Positions 32,525 to 41,404 of a stretch of 64,000 nt of DNA are shown in pieces. Each line of letters starts with the position of its first letter. Position 1 is the stretch's first letter. Origin of the DNA: Macrostomum lignano (Eukaryota); the NCBI GenBank assembly GCA_002269645.1, contig NIVC01000052.1, positions 496,001 to 560,000 on the forward strand, given 5' to 3'. The translations under genes and the position numbers were made by a program. Below the pieces are notes generated by a model that was not told the origin of the DNA, ran no database searches, and was given only the letters and a program-made list of their open reading frames with translations.

Positions 32525-33230
32525 CCTGCATCCCAACCTTCATCTCCCTGCATCCCAATCTCCAACTCCCTGCATCCCAATCTCCAACTCCCTGCATCCC
32601 AATCTTCAACTCCCTGCATCCCAATCTCCAACTCCCTGCATCCCAATCTCCAACTCCCTGCATCCCAATCTTCAACTCCCTGCATCCCAATCTTCATCTC
32701 CCTGCATCCCAATCTCCACTCCCTGCATCCCAATCTCCAACTCCCTGCATCCCAATCTTCAACTCCCTGCATCCCAATCTCCAACTCCCTGCATCCCAAT
32801 CTCCAACTCCCTGCATCCCAATCTTCAACTCCCTGCATCCCAATCTCCAACTCCCTGCATCCCAATCTCCAACTCCCTGCATCCCAATCTTCAACTCCCT
32901 GCATCCCAATCTCCAACTCCCTGCATCCCAATCTCCAACTCCCTGCATCCCAATCTCCAACTCCCTGCATCCTAATCTCCAACTCCCTGCATCCCAATCT
33001 TCATCTCCCTGCATCCTAGTCTTCAACTCCCTGCATCCCAATCTTCATCTCCCTGCATCCCAATCTCCACTCCCTGCATCCCAATCTCCAACTCCCTGCA
33101 TCCCAATCACCAACTCCCTGCATCCCAATCTCCAACTCCCTGGATCCCAATCTCCAACTCCCTGCATCCCAATCTCCAACTCCCTGCATCCCAATCTTTA
33201 TCTCCCTGCATCCCAATCTCCAACTCCCTG
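32525..33230. repeat. 22-bp minisatellite (CCCTGCATCCCAATCTCCAACT)
   Basis: Direct tandem repeat. Confidence 0.92.
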
Positions 33231-33246
33231 TTTCCTCTGTGTTTCC

Positions 33247-34419
33247 ATGCCAAGAATTGATGACGGAGCCGAGCTTTCCTCTGTTCCAGACGATGTCAAA
33301 GCTTTCGAAGCGCGGGTCAAACTGGCAACACAACAACAGTATGAGTCTTGCGAACCAAAGCAGACGGCTGTGGCTGACACTAAAGAAGAAGAATCCAAAG
33401 CAGAAGTCAATAATTCGAATCTGGAAACTTCAGACACTAAGAAAGTAACTAAGAAAGACGAGAAGCTGTACAAAGCTTCATCTGTGGCCCCGGCAACCAG
33501 CCCAGCGCCGAAGCGATGCCAAAGCGGAGTCGATGGCGCCAAGAACCGATCTTCTGAGTCCGGGGTCCCGCCGTCCCCCAGCAGCTGCTGCAGGCCCAAG
33601 ACCGCCCCGGCCCGACTGTCTGCCGCCCGAGTCGCTTCCGGCAGCGCTGCGACCGGGAACTCCTACAATGAGGCTCTCAAAGTGCACGGCTGGAAGATGG
33701 AGATTCACGGCGATCCGCTCGGACTGAAGTGAGTTACGGTTGTGAGTGAGTGAGTGAGTGAGTGAGTGAGTGAGTGAGTGAGTGAGTGAGTGAATGAGTG
33801 AGTGAGTGAGTGAGTGAGTGAATGAGTGAGTGAGTGAGTGAGTGAGTGAGTGAGTGAGTGAGTGAGTGAGTGAGTGAGTGAGTGAGTGAGTGAGTGAGTG
33901 AGAGAGTGAGCGAGTGAGTGAGTGAGTGAGTGAGTGGTGAGTGAGTGAGTGAGTGAGTGAGTGGTGAGTGAGTGAGTGAGTGAGTGAGTGAGTGAGTGAG
34001 TGAGTGAGTGAGTGAGTGAGTGAGTGAGTGAGTGAGCGATTGAGTGAGTGAGTGAGTGAGTGAGTGAATGAGTGAGCGAGTGAGTGAATGAGTGAGTGAG
34101 TGAGTGAGTCAGTAAGTCAGTCATTCGGTCAGTCAGTCAGTCAGTCAGTCAGGGCAACCCCAACCACCGCAGGTGGCCGCACCTGCCCCAGCTGAGGCTG
34201 ATAAACATTACCATCCCGGAACCGGAAGTGAGGCCGCCGCCGCCGCGGATTTCCAGGCAGAACTGCGGCTCATTTTTCCACGCCACAGTGCCAGCAGCTC
34301 GGCTGAGCTTCGACATTCACCCCAGGTTCGCCTCGGAAAAATTCAACAGATCGCGGGCAGCGCTGATGCGGCAGGGCAGGTGGGGCTTCGCCCACCACGA
34401 CTTCGCCTTCATTTATTGA
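33247..34419 (+). CDS. Hypothetical protein; exons ~33247-33728 and 34173-34419 (upstream exons possible near 32400-32478)
   Basis: A phase-2 junction AA|GTGAGT...CGCAG|G joins YNEALKVHGWKMEIHGDPLGLK to WPHLPQLRL...LSFDIHPRFASE...HHDFAFIY*. The aromatic-rich C-terminus looks conserved, but no family was recognised. Confidence 0.65.
33742..34152. repeat. (GAGT)n then (TCAG)n microsatellites filling an intron
   Basis: Direct repeats. Confidence 0.93.
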
Positions 34420-34661
34420 ACCGAAATATTCTCACATTTTCTTCGAGTTGTCAATGCAACTAATGGTGGCAATGTACTTTAAGGAGTTTTCCTTAAAAAC
34501 CGTTATTTCCACGTGTACATTGTTGACTTTCTCACGATAAGTACATGAAAAATGTACGCGATTTTTACTAATAAATGAGGACTTAAGATCCAACTAATCT
34601 TTGACTTGTGCACCAAATCCAATTCTTGGAAATGCTTTTTCAAGCCTACTGGAAATAAAAT

Positions 34662-35505
34662 CTACAGAGGGGTTGGGCGCCAGCTACAGAGGGGTTGGGC
34701 CCCAGCTACAGAGGGGTTGGGCGTCAGCTACAGAGGGGTTGGGCCCCAGCTACAGAGGGGTTGGGCCCCAGCTACAGAGGGGTTGGGCGTCAGCTACAGA
34801 GGGGTTGGGCCCCAGCTACAGAGGGGTTGGGCCCCAGCTACAGAGGGGTTGGGCCCCAGCTACAGAGGGGTTGGGCCCCAGCTACAGAGGGGTTGGGCCC
34901 CAGCTACAGAGAGTTGGGCGCCAGCTACAGAGGGGTTGGGCCCCAGCTACAGAGGGGTTGGGCGTCAGCTACAGAGGGGTTGGGCCCCAGCTACAGAGGG
35001 GTTGGGCCCCAGCTACAGAGGGGCTGGGCGCCAGCTACAGAGGGGTTGGGCCCCAGCTACAGAGGGGTTGGGCGTCAGCTACAGAGGGGTTGGGCCCCAG
35101 CTACAGAGGGGTTGGGCCCCAGCTACAGAGGGGTGGGGCGCCAGCTACACAGGGGGTGGGGCGTCAGCTACACAGGGGGTGGGGCGTCAGCTACACAGGG
35201 GGTGGGGCCCCAGCTACAGAGGGGTGGGGCGCCAGCTACAGAGGGGTGGGGCACCAGCCACAGAGGGGTGGGGCGCCAGCTACATAGAGGTTGGGCGCCA
35301 GCTACATAGAGGTTGGGCGCCAGCTACATAGAGGTGGGGCACCAGCCACAGAGGGGTGGGGCGCCAGCTACATAGAGGTTGGGCGCCAGCTACATAGAGG
35401 TTGGGCGCCAGCTACAGAGGGGTGGGGCGCCAGCTACACAGTGGTGGAGCGCCAGCTACACAGTGGTGGAGCGCCAGCTACACAGTGGTGGAGCGCCAGC
35501 TACAG
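34662..35505. repeat. 22-bp G-rich minisatellite (CAGCTACAGAGGGGTTGGGCCC)
   Basis: Direct tandem repeat. Confidence 0.92.
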
Positions 35506-35545
35506 AAGGGTTGGATACTCTTAGATACTCTTAGCTTCTCTTAGA

Positions 35546-35833
35546 TAATAATAATAATAATTGATTACACCTGTCCCAATCGGGCCAGATGTGCAACCGA
35601 CAGCTCAGCCGCAGCTATTGCGCGGCGCATCTGAAGGCTGCGTACGGCTGTTCAGTCCAAGGACTGGGCGGACGCCACACCCACCTTCAATTACCCCAGC
35701 TAATGCTGGCACCCATTTTACAGCTGGGTGAACTGAAGCAATGCAGATTTAAGTGTCTTGCTCAAGGACACAAATTGTATCAGTGGAGTTGGGCATCGAA
35801 CCCCCGACTTTGACGCTCTAACCACTAGGCTAC
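35546..35833 (-). mobile_element. tRNA-derived SINE (family B) with a CORE-like segment and (TTA)n tail
   Basis: Minus strand: GTAGCCTAGTGGTTAGAGCG (A box), GGTTCGATGCC (B box), then TGTGTCCTTGAGCAAGACACTTAA...CAGTTCACCCAGCTGTAAAATGGG, which resembles the CORE-SINE/MIR core. Confidence 0.7.
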
Positions 35834-35916
35834 AACCCCCTCTTTGATACTCTTAGATAGTGGATTTGCTGGATTTGCATATTTACTCAGTATCTGTTAC
35901 TTTGTCTCGGATTTTT

Positions 35917-36018
35917 GACTGAAGGTCGGGGGTTCGAATCTCAGCCCAGGGAAGACTATTTGTGTCCTTGAGCAAGACAATTAATTCCCCAGTGCTTCAG
36001 TTCACCCGCCTGTAAAAT
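35917..36018 (+). mobile_element. Partial second copy of SINE family B, inverted relative to its neighbour
   Basis: GGTTCGAATC B box followed by TTTGTGTCCTTGAGCAAGACA...CAGTTCACCCGCCTGTAAAAT. Confidence 0.65.
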
Positions 36019-37262
36019 TATAAAGCAAAAACTATAAAGATCAGCACTTTGATCAAGATCAGGTAACAAATTCATATGTAAATCTGAAGCGTAGCATATT
36101 TAGTTTGGACATTCGACTTAAAAAATCAAATAAAATATCAAGAAAACATTGGTTGATAGTTATACCTATGATAACTATTTTGCAATGGACCTAAAATGAA
36201 ATAATTTTTAACGCATCAAATTAAAAAACATAGTTACTTGGTTTCCATTAGAATCATAATTGAATATTTGGTTTTTAGATATTTTTCTGCGTGTGATTAG
36301 CTTGCACATGCAGTGCTTAGGATCGGACTCAACTGCGGTTAACAGGAGAACTACCAATAGATGGAGAATTCCTCCTCCTGTGACAATTTTTGCTGTGCCT
36401 GAACTTGTTCGCATGAAGCACACGAAGCCCAGGAACACGGGCCAAATTTTTTCTGCGCAACCTTATAAAATAAGAACCAAGTTATCTCCTCTTCGGAACT
36501 TCGAAATACGAGTACTAAACAATTCTGATAGAAGGTTCACCTTTTTCTATAAGGTGCACTCAATGTGCACTAATGCATTGTGTACACCATGTACGCCAAT
36601 CGGGAATTGCACCTCAGTACAGCTTTTCCAAAGAGAAAATTACTTCAGCTGTTTATCAAACCACATGTGTCTGCATCATTTCAGCTCATGATGCCTACTG
36701 GCGTTCGACTAGACCGAGCCAGTGGACCTGCAACATGTGGTACTAGCAGATTTCACGCAGTAAATTTTCCCAATCTTCATCAAGCCCTGGAAATTACACT
36801 AGGCCAGCTAAAGCATCTGTGAATAGTCACTGGCATCCTTCTGAATAGCAGCCATTCATGTGGCGACGTGGCGTGGCTCCGTTTCGGTGCACCAAAGTTT
36901 TCAGGGATCATTCAGGGGGTTTAAAAACGTGTGCCGAAATGGCTTGGTAGTCCTGCTGCTAAGGCATCATTTCTTTATCGGTCTTCTATAGTCAATCCTC
37001 CATAGGGTGCTTGATATCACTACACTCGTATTAAACCAATTGCGAAGAAAGTTTAGCTCTTTGCTGACAAATGACAAATTTGATGACAAATCAGGACTGG
37101 CTAGCCACAAATACTCGCAGAACTAGTACCGTATAAGTACGAAAAGTGGATTTAAACAGAAAAACAGTTACCGGGCGCAAAAGGACCTTGAAAAAATTGA
37201 AAGCAATCACCGTCAAGTTTTTGAGAAAAAAGTCGTCATTTAATAAAAAATTATGAATAGCC

Positions 37263-40200
37263 TTAGTCTTCTCGATTTGCGAACCTTCCTTCGCCTCTTA
37301 CCTTGGCACCGGTTTCAGTAGCTTCGGAACTTGTCCTATCGCTACGGGAGTGCTCATATTTACCGCCTCTCTCACTGCTGCCTCGGCCTCGGAAGTGCTC
37401 ACTGCCGCCTAGGCCTCGGAAGTGCTCACTGCCGCCTCGGCCTCGGAAGTGCTCACTGCCGCCTCGGCCTCGGAAGTGCTCACTGCCGCCTAGGCCTCGG
37501 AAGTGCTCACTGCCGCCTCGGCCTCGGAAGTGCTCACTGCCGCCTCGGCCTCGGAAGTGCTCACTGCCGCCTCGGCCTCGGAAGTGCTCACTGCCGCCTC
37601 GGCCTCGGAAGTGCTCACTGCCGCCTCGGCCTCGGAAGTGCTCACTGCCGCCTCGGCCTCGGAAGTGCTCACTGCCGCCTCGGCCTCGGAAGTGCTCACT
37701 GCCGCCTCTCGCTATGCCGCCTCGGCCAAAGTAGCTGCGCGAATTGTCCCTTTCGTCGGGATTGTTGGAAGCACTAGTGTATAATGAAACATGATCAACG
37801 CTGCTTGCCGCTACTCCAGCACAAGTGACATCTTCGAGACCAGTTGCATCTCCAGCACCAGTAACATTTCCTCCGGTAACCGTGACATTAGATGCTACGT
37901 CTTCGGCATTTTTAGAATCTCCGACACAAGCAACTACCTGTGTTGAATGTGCGCCAGTGGGTACAACAGATCTGCTCTCACACGAGAAGACGGCCCAGGT
38001 CTCTTCAGCGAACTCCGCTGCCAGGTGCGCCACATCATACGCCGTTCTATTGCACTCGCCGCCTCCCGACCAATCAGAACGCAGCTGTTCATTTAGCTCA
38101 GCCACGAGAATCTCGGCTGAGTGCTTCTCACTGTTCACCAGGTAGATCCAGTGGACAATCCAGCAGTCCTCCTGTGACAGAATCCTGTGCTCACGACGGG
38201 CCATGAATTCGAACATATCTTTCGTGCTCTTCTGCTGATGGAAGTTCGGGTCAATTTCGGCGACTGCCTCTGAAAGACATTTTCGGACGTTCTCAGGCGA
38301 TACCGAATTATTTGTCGTCGCTGTGGCGCCTGGTTGGGTTTGAATTTTTTTTCCTTCTTTCAGATAGGTTATCAGTGATTCTCGCTCAAATGCTTTTGTG
38401 TCTTTGCCATCTAAAGCCAGCTTGTTGAGCTTTTCTTGGAAGTCACTTCCAAGCTGCTTCTTGATTTTGTTGAACGCGTGAGGATAATAGTGGTCGATAT
38501 TTATGCTTCGCTTTTCTTTCTCCTTACGAGATAGTGCCAATTTTTTCGCATCTTTCGCTTCTTTTTTGCAACGAGAAAGTAAGACAACTAGAGAGCGGTC
38601 CAGAACCTCCTTCGACTCCTTCACCACTGAAACGATGAGGTTGTTGAGCTCCTGCGTTTGTTGCTGAGTTTTGCCTCCTCTCTCAAGACGCTGCTTCGTT
38701 AAACGTAGTCTGCTGGACCTCATCAAGTTTCCCCGGTCGCCTGAGCCATCGCAGGATCGACTCGATGCCACTGTGCTCATGAGCTGGTCCAGCTCTAAAA
38801 ACTTTGCGATTCTCCGTTTCGCTAGCTCTACAGGATCATTAGTCGATTCCGTGTTATCTTCGCGAAGCCAAAACCTGTTCGGATCCTGTAGTGTGGCCTC
38901 CATTTCAGCGCACAGCTCATACAGCTGAGTGCTGAAGAACAGAGAGTCCCGGGCACTCCGACTCACGACATCGTTAATGACAATCTCGGCAGTGTTTTGG
39001 CTCGCCTTTCGTTGCTCAAGAAATTCTAGAAGCTTCGGCACAGCATCTCTGCAACCGCACTGTAGACACTCCTGCAGCTTCTGAAAGCTTGCATTCGGGT
39101 CCTCCAGCAGCGACTGAGCGAGTAGCTTGTACTTGCACTCAATGTGGTCTGGCAGCTTCCTGAAGCAGCCAGAGGCATTGTCTAATCGGCCCTTTTTTAT
39201 ATAAAAACGACCCAGATGCTCAAGCGCGAACTCGTTGCTGGCATCTTTATTAAGCGCCTGTAGAAAGAGAGGCTCGATGTTTACCGGCTCTTTGAAGTCG
39301 CCGACGTTGGCAGCAAACCAGGCTACATATTCCTCGAAGCCGGCAGTCTTTTGGGTTAGGCATAGAAAAAACTCCTTCTTCTTGCTAAACCAGACCTGGT
39401 CCACTTTTGGATCGGCCTCTAAAGCAGCAACGCATGACTCTAAGGCCTCCTTTGTATCGCCCTGTTTTATCAAGTATAGCGCCTTGTGAAACTCGATAGC
39501 TGAAACGTTCTTCAAATAAACTCCGAAGCTCTCTCTCATGGAGACAAACTCATCGATAACTTGCTGCTTGTTCAAGGTTTGCATTTGTAGCTCCAAAAGG
39601 CGAAGATTCAGCCATATGTGACCCGGCTCACCTGCTAATTGCTTGCCTCTTTCAAGCAGTTCAATCGCTTTATCTCGGTCTCCTGCTTCTTCAGCCTCAT
39701 TGGCTATGGTTAAAAAGAAGTCTGGATCTTTGAGCATCATTGCTACTTTTCCTGCTTCCTCAAGTAATGTTTTTCGACGGCTTTCACAGTCCAGATTCGA
39801 AATTTTCTTAATGTGCCTATAGGTCTTCAAGCAGATCTTCATGTCCACGTGCGAGTTCTCCTTCTCTTCCTCGGACATTCTCCGAAGAATATCGACTGCT
39901 CTATCCGTAAGTTCGCAGCATAGCTCAGTCAATCTTCTGTTGTAAAGAATTGCCTCAGCATAATTGGAGTAGAAGGTAGCATTGTTAGTTGTTTGTCCGG
40001 TTCGCTCGCCAATTTCTCGTGCCCTGCTCCACAGCTGAAGCTGAGCTTTATCGGCGTGCTTCTTCACAACCTGTCTGTCGCATCGAGCTCTCAGGAACGC
40101 CTCGCCGTACAACCAGTTGAAATTATTCGCCTGAAGCCTTGACGCCTCCGCGAAGGCAACGACTCCAACCGGATACTTCATGGGACCGAAGCAGTCGAAT

Positions 40201-40640
40201 GTGACACCTTTCACTCCGTACACCCGGGCCTGGCTGTTTGAGTCGCTCCACAGGCTGTTAAGTCTCTGCATTTTCGGTTCGATTTCTGCAGGCTTCAGAG
40301 TTCTATTTTGTCCTTTTCTCAGCTGCTCGAGGTGCAGCATGTTGGCCCTGATGACAAACTCGCTAGATACTTGCACATCTTCCTGCTTATCGCGCCGGAT
40401 TTGCTCATCGATCGCCAGAGCTTCCTCGAGGCATTTGTGAGCCAAACCGAAGTTCTTACCCCTTTTGCGAGTATATAGGTAAGCCAGAGTCGTTAAATGA
40501 GCCGACTTCTTGTGAGGCTGGCGGTCAATCTTTCTTTCAGTCTTTTTGATAACTTCATCGATGCTTGTGTTCGTGCTGCCATCCTCTGGGAGCCAGGTAA
40601 AGTGACATTCTAGCTCCTCCAGTTTTTCTAGATTCGACAT
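37263..40640 (-). CDS. Single-exon 1125-aa TPR protein with IFIT-like N-terminus, candidate HEPN-like segment and C-terminal RGG repeats
   Basis: Uninterrupted ORF with first ATG at 40640. LEELECHFTW, LAYL...CLEEA and GVTFDCFGPMKY...AFAEASRLQANNFNWLYGEAFLRARCD parallel the IFIT N-terminal motifs as remembered. Several further TPR-like helical pairs follow. Confidence 0.85.
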   Translation of the reverse strand: MSNLEKLEELECHFTWLPEDGSTNTSIDEVIKKTERKIDRQPHKKSAHLTTLAYLYTRKRGKNFGLAHKCLEEALAIDEQIRRDKQEDVQVSSEFVIRANMLHLEQLRKGQNRTLKPAEIEPKMQRLNSLWSDSNSQARVYGVKGVTFDCFGPMKYPVGVVAFAEASRLQANNFNWLYGEAFLRARCDRQVVKKHADKAQLQLWSRAREIGERTGQTTNNATFYSNYAEAILYNRRLTELCCELTDRAVDILRRMSEEEKENSHVDMKICLKTYRHIKKISNLDCESRRKTLLEEAGKVAMMLKDPDFFLTIANEAEEAGDRDKAIELLERGKQLAGEPGHIWLNLRLLELQMQTLNKQQVIDEFVSMRESFGVYLKNVSAIEFHKALYLIKQGDTKEALESCVAALEADPKVDQVWFSKKKEFFLCLTQKTAGFEEYVAWFAANVGDFKEPVNIEPLFLQALNKDASNEFALEHLGRFYIKKGRLDNASGCFRKLPDHIECKYKLLAQSLLEDPNASFQKLQECLQCGCRDAVPKLLEFLEQRKASQNTAEIVINDVVSRSARDSLFFSTQLYELCAEMEATLQDPNRFWLREDNTESTNDPVELAKRRIAKFLELDQLMSTVASSRSCDGSGDRGNLMRSSRLRLTKQRLERGGKTQQQTQELNNLIVSVVKESKEVLDRSLVVLLSRCKKEAKDAKKLALSRKEKEKRSINIDHYYPHAFNKIKKQLGSDFQEKLNKLALDGKDTKAFERESLITYLKEGKKIQTQPGATATTNNSVSPENVRKCLSEAVAEIDPNFHQQKSTKDMFEFMARREHRILSQEDCWIVHWIYLVNSEKHSAEILVAELNEQLRSDWSGGGECNRTAYDVAHLAAEFAEETWAVFSCESRSVVPTGAHSTQVVACVGDSKNAEDVASNVTVTGGNVTGAGDATGLEDVTCAGVAASSVDHVSLYTSASNNPDERDNSRSYFGRGGIARGGSEHFRGRGGSEHFRGRGGSEHFRGRGGSEHFRGRGGSEHFRGRGGSEHFRGRGGSEHFRGRGGSEHFRGLGGSEHFRGRGGSEHFRGRGGSEHFRGLGGSEHFRGRGSSERGGKYEHSRSDRTSSEATETGAKVRGEGRFANRED
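37381..37705 (-). repeat. 27-bp coding tandem repeat, 12 copies, encoding RG(R/L)GGSEHF
   Basis: GAAGTGCTCACT recurs every 27 bp from 37392 to 37689. Confidence 0.95.
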
Positions 40641-41404
40641 GCCTTTCACTTATTTTGCAGACTTCTCAATTTTACTTGTTTATGAGAGATTCAATCTTTT
40701 ATCAGACCGCTAGACTTGTGCTTGCCCTAGACCATAAATATAGACTTAGAGATACAGCTAGTGCAGTGAGTTCAGAGTACAGTAACATTACAGAAAGGCA
40801 GTTTTCACAAGAATAAAGTACAGCCAATTTGACTGCTGTAGTTCTACATTGGCCGTACATTCACGCGCTGCCGTATTAAGCATGCACGGACACACATTCT
40901 CGTCTCGAGCTGTACAATTTTGTTCAATCTATGCACATTCCACGCTCATTTAATCCTTCATTTACTGGAATATTCACAATAGAAAGTGCAGAGAATTTCC
41001 AGGAAATGCGCTTGTCTCCAAAGAATTGTGTTAGGTACGAGCGTAGCTTTTGCAGTTTAACAAGCTCATAGTGCTTCATACAGAAGCGGTTGTTAGAAGC
41101 TGCGTCACTCACTCGGTGTCTTTTGTAAAAACCATTTTTCTAGGTTTCTAACAAAACATTTCTGGGTTGGGATGTTTACTAAACAAAGCATCACCGGATA
41201 TTTGTCAAGCTGGGCTGATAGAAAAATAGAAGAAAGTTTAGGGAAAAGTACTCCTTTTCCGGACATAGAAGCGAAAAGTTCTTTGTTCTTTTTTTAACTT
41301 TCTGCGGATTTTGTAGGCAGTGATGTTTGGAACAAGTTAAGCTACCTTATTACGAGCGCATATGTCACATGTCTCTATTTTGTAGCATTCTAACTGAGAA
41401 GCTA

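Noticed and set aside
36260-36822. 143-aa and 80-aa plus-strand ORFs
   Set aside because: No motif, no splice support and AT-rich composition.
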